Below are positions 9,292 through 18,488 of a DNA stretch of 64,000 bases, piece after piece (position 1 is the first letter of the stretch; each line of letters begins with the position of its first letter). The stretch is taken from assembly GCF_014698965.1 (NCBI RefSeq), contig NZ_JACXAE010000061.1, forward strand, positions 8,580 through 72,579, given 5' to 3'. The position numbers and the translations under genes are program-made. This DNA is from Iningainema tapete BLCC-T55 (GTDB lineage: Bacteria; Cyanobacteriota; Cyanobacteriia; Cyanobacteriales; Nostocaceae). A model generated the notes under the pieces. That model was not told where the DNA came from. It saw nothing but the letters and a program-made list of their open reading frames with translations, and searched no databases.

Positions 9292-9798
9292 ATGACCATT
9301 TCAATGTATCAAGCTTTAGTACCAGTATCTATTCGCACACTAAGTAACCTTGTAGGTATTTTGGAAAAAGGTGCTGCCTATGCGGAAACCAAAAAAATAG
9401 ATGCTTCCGTGTTGGTTAATAGTCGTCTAGCCCCAGATATGTTTCCCTTATCAAGACAAATACAAATTGCCTCTGACATAGCAAAGAGAGGTGCCGCACA
9501 ACTAGCAGGAGTAGAAGCACCTAAGTATGAGGACAATGAAACTACATTTCCCGAACTTATTGACCGCTTGAAGAAAACTATCTCTTATTTAGATACATTA
9601 AAACCAGAGCAAATTGACGGTTCTGAAGAGAAAACAATTACCCTTCAGATGCCTAACAACACTTTATCTTTTCAAGGATTGCCATTTCTCCTATATTTTG
9701 TGTTACCAAACCTTTATTTCCATGTCACAACAGCATATGACATTCTCCGCCACTGCGGTGTAGAACTTGGCAAACAAGACTACCTTGGTAAGCCTTAA
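9292..9798 (+). CDS. DUF1993 family protein
   Basis: N-terminus MTISMYQALVPVSIRTLSNLVGILEKG matches the conserved start of the DUF1993 family. Confidence 0.55.
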   Translation: MTISMYQALVPVSIRTLSNLVGILEKGAAYAETKKIDASVLVNSRLAPDMFPLSRQIQIASDIAKRGAAQLAGVEAPKYEDNETTFPELIDRLKKTISYLDTLKPEQIDGSEEKTITLQMPNNTLSFQGLPFLLYFVLPNLYFHVTTAYDILRHCGVELGKQDYLGKP

Positions 9799-10086
9799 AT
9801 ACGCAACATCTTTATTGTTTTTTCCCTCTTAATCATAGGTTATTGGTAAAAACCTACCTGACTATTGATTGCACCCTACACCCAACTCCAAGAAGCGATC
9901 GCACCAATACTGTAGTGCTAGCATGATTGCAAAGGACACAGTTGTTGTTAGGGTGGGGAAGTGCGATCGCGCTTATAGTTCGACTACAAAATGTGCAAAT
10001 TTCATAGTTAGTGCAGCACTTGAAAATGCAGTTATTTTTTACAAAGTTTTGGGAAACATAAACATATATACCCATGAACTTTAACG

Positions 10087-10677
10087 ATGAACTTTAAATT
10101 AACTGCAATAAGTACATTTGCTCTTGCTGCTATATCTATTGTAAATCCAGCGCTTGCTCAAGAAATAACCAACTCTCAGTATCAAGCTGGAGAGTTTACC
10201 ATCACTCTGGGAAGCGATGACTCCTATCAGGGATGCGATCACCGCAATCGCTGCATTAAACTTTATGGCTCACAATCTGTACGTGATGACGGATACAGGG
10301 GTAAGCTCTGGTTTAATGGCGAGTATACCGACGCGGTGTCCTGGCGTGATGGTGGAGGGAAAAATATGCGTTTGAATATTCTCAAAGGCGATCGCCGTAT
10401 TTTTAGCAGTGAACTTGTGCCAATAGAGAAGGTTGAATTGAAGTGGTTAATCGAGTGTAATGTCACAGGAATTCAAACAGGACAACTTGCAGTGCGCATT
10501 TCTCCTGGAGGCAAATCAAGGGCAGGATTAAATAATGGAAATCAGGTTCGTGTTATTCGTGAGCAAGCAAATTGGGCTTATGTAGAAGTTGAACGGGGTC
10601 CAAATTCCCAAGTGACTGGATTGCAGGGGTGGGTAAATTCAAATTATTTGCGTTGTACCAAGGAGCCAATTGATTAA
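10087..10677 (+). CDS. Secreted protein with a C-terminal bacterial SH3-like domain
   Basis: Signal peptide (..ISIVNPALAQE). The C-terminal segment QVRVIREQANWAYVEVERG...GWVNSNYL resembles SH3b. Confidence 0.45.
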   Translation: MNFKLTAISTFALAAISIVNPALAQEITNSQYQAGEFTITLGSDDSYQGCDHRNRCIKLYGSQSVRDDGYRGKLWFNGEYTDAVSWRDGGGKNMRLNILKGDRRIFSSELVPIEKVELKWLIECNVTGIQTGQLAVRISPGGKSRAGLNNGNQVRVIREQANWAYVEVERGPNSQVTGLQGWVNSNYLRCTKEPID

Positions 10678-11483
10678 TAACAAAAATGGAAGTGCATTAT
10701 CCTCTGGGATCACGCCAACATCATGCAGCAAGTCAACGATCTGCACTTTGTCAGTTTCGATGTCCTTTTTGCCAAAGAAGACAGAGTCTATATAAGATAT
10801 ACTGCCCAAGGAAGCTACAGCTGTGCTACTCATGGGAATACCGAGGCTACTGGGAAGAATGCACGGTAGACGGCAAGTGCGTTATTCAAGGATTAGGATG
10901 GGAAGCTGGCTGAGTTCCTGTGCGGACACCGAACAAGTTGTCGATGTGGGAACAGTTGGGATGGTCAGTGGAGGAGTGCAAGACATCAGTAGTTTGAGGT
11001 TTTGGTTGGGGTGTGGGGGAGTGCGATCGCTCAACATGACTCACTTTTGTGTGAGAAGCAGCCTAATTAACCCACAGTTGTTAAGCACCTGCTGCTGAGA
11101 AGTGCGTAAACACAGCGCAGCTTGTCGTAAAACATTGCATCCGGCAGTTGGGTAACAAAATTTATGAGGAGTTTGAACTCACTCATGTAGCTGTAGTGAA
11201 GACGTTGTTGTGAGGAATAACTCTGTTATTCCGCCTCTCAACTAAGCAGGAGTGAATACTGATTTTTCTCAAACAAAAGTATAATAATCAACAATTAATA
11301 CGTACTATTTAGCGTATTATGTTATGTATAGTTAGTTTTACCAGGGGCAAAGTAGCCTTAAAAGGAAAGAAATTACCTCATATAAATGCCTAACAAGCTG
11401 CTGTAGCTCTATATGCGCTTCTCGCTCTACCAAATAAAGCTATGTATAATTTATTTAAGCCAACTAGTAAAAAGTAGTTAATT

Positions 11484-12044
11484 ATGCTGAAAAGACTCTT
11501 CAGATTTTTTGTTTGCTCTGCGCTGGTGTTTCTTCTGCTTTTTCATTCAGTAACGCCTGTTGTCGCTTTACCCCTGTTTTCCTCCTTCGCAATGGTTCAG
11601 CCTGCTGCGTCCTCACATTTAGCCTTCTGGCCTCTCGTCATTAAGTTGCTTGAAGGATTAGGATTGGCTGCTGAGTCCGCTGTAGCTGAAGTGACTGCTG
11701 CTGAGGTTGCTGCTGCTGCCTCTGAAGTTACTGCTACCGAAGCTGCTGAAGCTGCAACATTCAGAGCCGTTGCTGGAACTGCAAATGGTATTGAAGTTGC
11801 TCTCGCAGGTAGCTTGAAGATAGACGCTGCTACACTAAGGAATGCTTTAAATGTGGGTGGGTTTGTGGGAGCAGATTTGACTGCTCGTGTGCTTTACAAT
11901 GTCTACACAAAATATCAGGAACACAGACAAGCTGCAGGTATGCCCTTGAATCCCTGTAAACCAATTATTATTCGTCCCGAAGGTAGTGATAAGAGTTTTA
12001 GCATCTATGATTCTGAGGCTTGTCCATCAATTCCACAGGAATAG
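11484..12044 (+). CDS. Hypothetical secreted protein with an Ala/Glu/Thr-rich low-complexity core
   Basis: Signal peptide, a repetitive AAESAVAEVTAAEVAAAASEVTATEAAEAA stretch, and a Cys-containing C-terminus. Confidence 0.35.
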   Translation: MLKRLFRFFVCSALVFLLLFHSVTPVVALPLFSSFAMVQPAASSHLAFWPLVIKLLEGLGLAAESAVAEVTAAEVAAAASEVTATEAAEAATFRAVAGTANGIEVALAGSLKIDAATLRNALNVGGFVGADLTARVLYNVYTKYQEHRQAAGMPLNPCKPIIIRPEGSDKSFSIYDSEACPSIPQE

Positions 12045-12343
12045 TAGCCCAAACCTCAGAAGGTAATTACCTCTTATAATTCGGCTTTGGATATCTGAGC
12101 TAGGAAGGGGTAAGAATACGAGATTATTTTGTTCGGGTGCTTACGCCTACTTTACCTCCACAATATACATTGCCAATGCCATCGACTCCTCAGGGTATGT
12201 CGCCTCGCTCTTACTATCGGTATTAGTAATGTTGAGGTTATGATTGGAATCTAGGTGCGATCGCCATGTTGGTTTTCCCAAGAGTCAAAGTGCGATCGCG
12301 ATGCTGGGTTTCTCAAAAACTAAAAAGTGCATCCCCTCTATTT

Positions 12344-13030
12344 TCAATCAATTGCTAATAGCGCCTCGCAATTACCTTGTGGAGAGCAAACTGCTTCCAT
12401 GTCTACGTAGTCTATGTATACGTTACTGTAATACTCTTCTATCTTTTTTGAGAACTCAGCATCCATAAAATTGAGTAAAAAATCTGATATTGATGTACAA
12501 ATAGAATAGATATTTTTTGGATTAATACGATTAGAATGAGCGCATAGCTCACCATGAGCAAATATGTGTCGAATCGAAGCAGAAATGTGAGCAATATTCG
12601 TACTATTACAATTTATACATTTACTTAACTTAGGTTTTAGCTTGTCATTTACTCTTTCATAAAGAAAATTGTATAGTAACTTTTTTTTGTCTTTTTCTAT
12701 AAATTCTTGAATAACTTTTTCTGGGTTATAAGGAGTCATAAGAGAACCGAGGGTATCTAGCTTAAGCGAGTTAATCTCCATAAACAGTTCTAAAGCCGAA
12801 TGTGTTAAGAAGACTAGAAAAAAAGCGTCATAACCAGAAGTTGTTTCTTGCGAATACCCTTGAAGATTGATTCCTCTAAAGTTTTTAGCAAGCCTTACTC
12901 TACTAGCAAACCGATTAATGTCACCTGTGCTTATATGAGATCCAAATCCAATATCAGATGGACGATGATCTAGTTTGCGAAGCTTATGAAATTTATCATA
13001 TCCAAGTAATTCAAACATTCTCTTCCTCAT
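12344..13030 (-). CDS. Hypothetical protein with a HEPN-like Rx4HG motif, encoded in an AT-rich islet
   Basis: The motif SIRHIFAHGE (R-x4-H-G) lies near the C-terminus. Local AT content is clearly higher than the surrounding DNA. No other family recognised. Confidence 0.4.
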   Translation of the reverse strand: MRKRMFELLGYDKFHKLRKLDHRPSDIGFGSHISTGDINRFASRVRLAKNFRGINLQGYSQETTSGYDAFFLVFLTHSALELFMEINSLKLDTLGSLMTPYNPEKVIQEFIEKDKKKLLYNFLYERVNDKLKPKLSKCINCNSTNIAHISASIRHIFAHGELCAHSNRINPKNIYSICTSISDFLLNFMDAEFSKKIEEYYSNVYIDYVDMEAVCSPQGNCEALLAID

Positions 13031-13515
13031 ATTTACACTACACGCGTAGGTTAAAAGAGCGCAAATAATATGTCATTTGCCATATTTTCACTACGTATTA
13101 GCCCCAGTACTATCCGGAAACGTACGGAAGTTTTTTTTATTTACTTGTAAAAAATTATGAATTATACAAAGCGTAAGTAGAAATACAAAACAAGTAATAA
13201 TAATGACAGAGGTTAACTAGCAAGCTCTGCTATATGAAGATGTAATCATGGGATGGATTCGCTCTTATTTAGACCGAGAGCTTCAACAGACGCCTGACTT
13301 TTTTGAGATGCATTCAGAACTGCTTTCCTTAAAGGAACAGATTGCCATAATCCAAAACGAACTGATGGGAAAATCTGCCGCTTGAGAGAATCCTCCTCTA
13401 GTCTTTTGAACGCACTTGTTATGATACAGTTGCCCACATACTTGAGAGTTTTGGGTGTGCCGTAAGCAATTACTCCTGTAACCCACACCAAAAATTTCAT
13501 ACTTCTGATCATGTC

Positions 13516-14118
13516 ATGACAACTTATCGTTCGATTTTTTTGTTCAATATTTTATGCTTATTATTTGTTGTTGCTTTGATTGTATATGCCAAAAAATTTG
13601 AGCCATCAGTAGCTGGTTTATTTCTACCACCTCGTTCCCCACAATACCCGACTGCTGGTTTATTAACACATACTTTCCAGTTATTGTGTTGTATACCGGC
13701 ATTAGTTTGTGCTTTTAGTTATGCGTTGCTCAAAAAAATTAAACCTCAAAATCCAAATAATAAGTTTATTCTATTTTCTACACTTTTGACTACAGGTTTT
13801 CTAATTAACGAAATATATAGAATTCATATAATTTTTCTCTATTTTGGTGTAGACAAGCTAGTAACTATCCTGGTTTACGCTACCTTAGCCCTCTCCTATG
13901 GAATAGCTTTTCGGCAAAGAATAAAATCAACGCCATACCTTATACTCTTGATTGGCATAAGCTTATTGTTCATCGCTATTACGGTAGACTCAATGCACTT
14001 GAAAGGTAATGTAACACCAAGTTTACTAGAAGGAATTCCTAAATTGTTTAGCGGACTTAATGTTGCACTTTATTTTTGGTGTGTCTGCTATAGGGAGGTA
14101 ATACAAGCTTTGAAATAA
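13516..14118 (+). CDS. Hypothetical polytopic membrane protein (about 6 TM) in the AT-rich islet
   Basis: Multiple hydrophobic segments. Divergent from the HEPN-like gene and equally AT-rich. Confidence 0.4.
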   Translation: MTTYRSIFLFNILCLLFVVALIVYAKKFEPSVAGLFLPPRSPQYPTAGLLTHTFQLLCCIPALVCAFSYALLKKIKPQNPNNKFILFSTLLTTGFLINEIYRIHIIFLYFGVDKLVTILVYATLALSYGIAFRQRIKSTPYLILLIGISLLFIAITVDSMHLKGNVTPSLLEGIPKLFSGLNVALYFWCVCYREVIQALK

Positions 14119-14744
14119 ATTTTTTCAAGGAACCGGTTGCCATCAAGGGATGTGCAATTGTGAATAGTACGAGATCGCGCTCACCACTGTGTCGTACAAT
14201 CATGATTTTGAACGCTATTCGCTCAGGACTAGTAAAAAAAATGCCACTTTGTACTAGTGCGATCGCAATTTGTGTGTTACACTCAGCAAGCGTACTTTGC
14301 GCCCTTGAGATTTTCTTTATAAATCACCTTGAGATCATAGTGAATACATTAAATAAATAGGAGAAACATTCTCGTGAAAGAAAGCCTGATTAGTATCTCA
14401 AAACCTGCCCCAAAACCTCTCCCACAAGAGGAATCTGAACTACCATCAAATTTGACAGAACCAGAAGAGGTTAGCATGAGCGAAGAATTACCAGAACCAG
14501 AACCAACATACATCTCCCAACCAGCTTCTATGAGTTTTGCCAACAATCATTCTAGCGGTTGGAAAGTATCAGACATTTTACGAGAAATAAGACTGGATAA
14601 TTTTGACATGGGTGGTCCAGATTAAGCAATGTAGTGGTTAACTGTTGACTGATAACCGTTGACAGTCAACAGTCACAACATATAACGTGCATTATTATAT
14701 ATGTAACAACTAATTGTTCTCATTAGTAATCTCTAAACATAGAA

Positions 14745-15440
14745 ATGCTGGGTAAAACTAAAAGCAAGCTGATTGTCATCACTGGTGTCAGTCGGGGTTT
14801 AGGTTACGCGCTGACTGAGCGATTTATAAATGAGGGGCATACAGTTATTGGTTGCGCTCGTTCAACACAAGCCGTAGAAAAATTAAGCCAATTTGGTTCA
14901 CCTCATAGCTTTTCCACAGTAGATGTAGCATCGGAGCAACAAGTCAAAGCTTGGGCTAAAAGTGTACTCAACCAATACCAACCACCAGACTTGCTAATTA
15001 ATAATGCAGCAATCATTAATCAGCCCGCACCACTGTGGCAAATTCCAACTGAAAAACTTTCCCAATTAATCGATATCAACATCAAAGGAGTTATTCATAC
15101 AATTCACCACTTTGTACCTGCAATGGTAGAAAAGCAAAGTGGCATTATAATTAACTTAAGCTCCGGTTGGGGACGTTCGACTTCTGGTATGGTTGCTTCT
15201 TACTGTGCCTCCAAGTGGGCAATTGAAGGCTTAACTCGCTCCTTAGCACAAGAATTACCAGTCGGTATGGCTGCTATTCCTCTCAATCCAGGCATTATTC
15301 ACACTGATATGTTAGAAATTTGCTTTGGAGAAGAAGCTGCCTCTTACACACCACTAACTGAATGGGTAAACAAAGCAGTTCCCTTCATACTCCAATTAAC
15401 ACCAAAAGATAACGGTGTACCCCTAACAGTTCCCAATTGA
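14745..15440 (+). CDS. Short-chain dehydrogenase/reductase (SDR) family oxidoreductase
   Basis: Nucleotide-binding motif TGVSRGLG, the NNAA motif, and the catalytic YCASK (YxxxK). Confidence 0.8.
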   Translation: MLGKTKSKLIVITGVSRGLGYALTERFINEGHTVIGCARSTQAVEKLSQFGSPHSFSTVDVASEQQVKAWAKSVLNQYQPPDLLINNAAIINQPAPLWQIPTEKLSQLIDINIKGVIHTIHHFVPAMVEKQSGIIINLSSGWGRSTSGMVASYCASKWAIEGLTRSLAQELPVGMAAIPLNPGIIHTDMLEICFGEEAASYTPLTEWVNKAVPFILQLTPKDNGVPLTVPN

Positions 15441-15444
15441 GCGA

Positions 15445-16188
15445 TTAATCGCGTCTGTCAGAATTTTTCTGACTAGCCAACGCTATTAACGATATCCCAA
15501 TTGGCAAAGACACTTTACACTCAAAATCCAATACAGATTCTAATACTCTTGTCGTCAGCGACTGTTGTTGTAGTTCACCAATGGGATAAGCTTGACGTAA
15601 TGCCCGACTATAAAGCAAAGCAACAGGAATAAGACTGGCAGCAAAGAAACGACACTTATCTAAATTAAAGTTAACAGATAATTTATCGATTAATTCTTGG
15701 CGATGATAGCGTCGATAATGCCCAAGCATTTCATCGTGATAACCAAATAGCCATTGTAAAGCTGGTACAGATATACATATTAATCCATTTGGTTTAAGTA
15801 GATCTGAAAGCTTTTGCATTGCTGCTCGGTCATCTTCAATATGTTCTAAAACATCGTTGGAAACAATAATATCGTATTTTTCTGTTGCTGTATATTCTTC
15901 AATTGTGCTATGATAAATATTGAGATTCGTAATATCATGCTCTAGTTTCAAGTTTTGGGAAAGTCTAATCGCTTCAACATCCACATCCAAAGCATCCACT
16001 TGCCAAGTTGAATTCTGCGACAGCAAGATGTTCATCTCTCCAGAACCACATCCGGCATTTAATACTCGTAGATTTGGGGTTTTGGGCAACCATGACATCA
16101 CAATTTTGTACTTAGTTAAAGTATAGCGATCGCTTGCCCTTGCCAAATAATCAGCCAGTTTATAATCTCTATCTTCTGCTGTTTGCAT
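15445..16188 (-). CDS. Class I SAM-dependent methyltransferase
   Basis: Motif I VLNAGCGSGEM and post-I DIIVSNDVLEHIEDD. Overlaps the upstream deacetylase gene by 20 nt, suggesting an operon. Confidence 0.75.
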   Translation of the reverse strand: MQTAEDRDYKLADYLARASDRYTLTKYKIVMSWLPKTPNLRVLNAGCGSGEMNILLSQNSTWQVDALDVDVEAIRLSQNLKLEHDITNLNIYHSTIEEYTATEKYDIIVSNDVLEHIEDDRAAMQKLSDLLKPNGLICISVPALQWLFGYHDEMLGHYRRYHRQELIDKLSVNFNLDKCRFFAASLIPVALLYSRALRQAYPIGELQQQSLTTRVLESVLDFECKVSLPIGISLIALASQKNSDRRD

Positions 16189-16939
16189 ATTCTTTCAAGC
16201 AAATAAACTCCCCTTGACATTTTAACCAAGTTAAATAATCTTGCAACCGCTCAACCATTTGCTGACCAGAATATTTAGTGATATACTTTGGTAAGTGAAA
16301 GTTGCTAATATCTGTAAATTCCCAAGGATGGAAATACAAATTTATGTAACGGTCTTTTTCCAGAGTTAGCCGAGAAGCTAATTTAATTAAAGATAAGGGA
16401 AAGTTCTTAAAACTTAACCAAAATAGGGGAAACCTAAACAACGGCGTTACCGACACAGGAATATTCATTAAATTATTTGACACATAAACAGTTCGAGGTT
16501 GGAAAAAGTTATTATATCTTCCAGGTATATAAGTAGGATTCATAGACGAGTTATACTTATATCCAGCTAGAGCTATTTCTGTGTCATCAACTTGCTTGAG
16601 TCTTGGCATCCTAAAACCTACCACTTCTTGGTTAATGATTTCTGCCAAAGTTTGCCGTGACTTCTGTAAATCTTCTAATTTAAACTCAGAGTGATAGAAA
16701 CCGTGAGAAGCAACTTCGTGTTTTTGCGAAATTTGCTGAATTATGGCTTTGTGATGGATGGCAAAATTTGCGGTGACGAAAAACGTCACTTTGATGTTGA
16801 GTTTCTCTAAAATGCAAAGAACTTCTTTCAATCCTTGGTAAGAAACAGCAAATTTTACAGTTTCGTCAACGTTTTCCCCGTATTCCTCAGGAATATCAAA
16901 CTCTTCTAAATCAAAACTTAATAGAATCAGTTTATTCAT
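16169..16939 (-). CDS. Polysaccharide deacetylase (CE4/NodB-homology) family protein
   Basis: FDLEEFDIPEE..VASHGFYHSEF pattern of NodB-type deacetylases. Overlaps the GT2 gene by 8 nt. Confidence 0.7.
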   Translation of the reverse strand: MNKLILLSFDLEEFDIPEEYGENVDETVKFAVSYQGLKEVLCILEKLNIKVTFFVTANFAIHHKAIIQQISQKHEVASHGFYHSEFKLEDLQKSRQTLAEIINQEVVGFRMPRLKQVDDTEIALAGYKYNSSMNPTYIPGRYNNFFQPRTVYVSNNLMNIPVSVTPLFRFPLFWLSFKNFPLSLIKLASRLTLEKDRYINLYFHPWEFTDISNFHLPKYITKYSGQQMVERLQDYLTWLKCQGEFICLKEYANSRR

Positions 16940-17672
16940 ACCTCTTTTCTATCGTATCATTATATTTGATTTGCAATAAATTAAACAACATCTCTAACGA
17001 ATGCTTAAATAAATTCACTGTAGATTTTTTATACAAATGCTTCTTAGAAACTACAGCAGGAATTTCGCTGATAGTATATCCTCTTTTATTAGCCAAATAG
17101 AGTAACTCTACATCAAAGGCAAAACCTGGAATCATTTGGGTTTTAAACAAGTCTTGTGCTACAGATTTTTTGAATCCTTTGATGCCGGCTTGCATGTCAG
17201 TGAATTTCAAGTTTAAAACTTTTCTGGAGATAATATTAAATATTCTCCCTGCCAGTATTCTGATTAAACTGAAACCATTGCTTCTTTGTGAGGTGAGATT
17301 TCTACAACCAATAACAACATCATATTCTGCTAGCTTAGCTACTATTACATCAAGATGGTCTAAAGAGTATGCTAAATCCCCATCTATAAAACAGATATAC
17401 TCACTATTAGCATATAATACTCCAGTTTTTACCGCATATCCTTTGCCACGACGAGTTTGATAGGAGATTAAGGAAACCTGACTACTATTTAACACGTCAA
17501 TATGATGTTCTAGAATTTCTCTAGTTCCATCAGTTGAACCATCGTCTACAAAGATAAAATTATAAAAACTTCTATTTATAGCAAATCTAGCAACTGATGT
17601 AAAGGTATTGACAATACATTTTGACTCATTATAAACTGGCACAATTATCGAAATTGTGTTCATTCTTTTCAT
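16932..17672 (-). CDS. Family 2 glycosyltransferase, polyprenyl-phosphate sugar synthase-like (DPM1/ArnC-like)
   Basis: ISIIVPVYNE...FVDDGSTDGT...DGD motifs. The start was moved to the internal Met (MKRMNTISIIV) because the longer computed ORF adds a non-conserved N-extension. Confidence 0.7.
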   Translation of the reverse strand: MKRMNTISIIVPVYNESKCIVNTFTSVARFAINRSFYNFIFVDDGSTDGTREILEHHIDVLNSSQVSLISYQTRRGKGYAVKTGVLYANSEYICFIDGDLAYSLDHLDVIVAKLAEYDVVIGCRNLTSQRSNGFSLIRILAGRIFNIISRKVLNLKFTDMQAGIKGFKKSVAQDLFKTQMIPGFAFDVELLYLANKRGYTISEIPAVVSKKHLYKKSTVNLFKHSLEMLFNLLQIKYNDTIEKRYE

Positions 17673-17807
17673 CCACTCCACACACACACAGTACATCGAA
17701 CTGCTAATCACATTAGCGTATTTGACTACCGATATGTGATGAGAAAATATACTTTTCGATAAATTTTTTAAGTAAGGGCGAACAACCATTCGCTCCTACA
17801 ATTTGCC

Positions 17808-18488
17808 TTACTCCTGACTCCCATCTCCTGACTCCTGACTCCTGACTCCTGTCTTAAAACCCAGAAAAAGAATATTACTGTAGAGACTACTTGGCATCGA
17901 CACCACAACTGGATACAAACCAGCAGTACGAATAGCTTGTATCGACTCTTCTGCGTCCATGAAAAATATACCAGATCCTTGAGTAGGACCAAACTTAGTC
18001 ATTAGCCATTCTTGAGCATAAGTGATAGCATACTTCCACCGGGGCTGGTGGCTGTGAGTTTTCCATACTAATACGCCATTTGGTTTGAGAGCATTGGCGA
18101 TGTTTGTCAAGATGACACGTTGAGTTTGAGGAGGGATGAGGTACATCATATCTGCTATGGTAATAGCATCATAGGAACCACAGCATAAAGCCGCGTCGCC
18201 AATTTCAAATTTGATATTACTTCGGTTAGCGATGGTACGTTGTGCGGCAGAGATTTTTTTCGCATCAATATCTATGCCCAGTACCTGCCGCTTCTGGCTG
18301 CTAATAGCTAGTAGGTTACTTAATAAACCATGCCCACAACCTAAATCCAGAATCGTGCCTTCCTGAGGGACATAACTCTCTAACAGATATAAATTGCTCA
18401 GCAGTAAACGAATACGTATATATAGGCGATCGCTCAGTGGGAGAGAATCGTACAGTGATACTAGAGTGCGGTGAATATTATCAATCAC
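17808..18488 (-). CDS. Class I SAM-dependent methyltransferase with an STRR-encoded C-terminal tail
   Basis: Motif I LDLGCGHGLLS. The C-terminal GVRSQESGDGSQE is encoded by CTCCTGA heptamer repeats. Overlaps the upstream membrane-protein gene by 8 nt. Confidence 0.7.
   Translation of the reverse strand: MIDNIHRTLVSLYDSLPLSDRLYIRIRLLLSNLYLLESYVPQEGTILDLGCGHGLLSNLLAISSQKRQVLGIDIDAKKISAAQRTIANRSNIKFEIGDAALCCGSYDAITIADMMYLIPPQTQRVILTNIANALKPNGVLVWKTHSHQPRWKYAITYAQEWLMTKFGPTQGSGIFFMDAEESIQAIRTAGLYPVVVSMPSSLYSNILFLGFKTGVRSQESGDGSQE
17811..17851. repeat. STRR heptamer tract (CTCCTGA, about 5-6 units) forming the 3' end of the methyltransferase CDS
   Basis: Direct read of ctcctgactcccatctcctgactcctgactcctgactcctg. 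Confidence 0.8.

Noticed and set aside
10686-11098. ORFs of 75 and 91 aa in the ~800-bp gap after the SH3 protein gene
   Set aside because: Cys/Arg/Trp-rich low-complexity translations built partly from HIP1-containing repeats. They are probably non-coding, and the gap may instead hold an sRNA or promoter.
14160-14625. Three small ORFs (66, 65 and 83 aa) at the right edge of the AT-rich islet
   Set aside because: They overlap each other on opposite strands and have no RBS or domain support. The 83-aa acidic ORF (14374-14625) is the only one that might be real.
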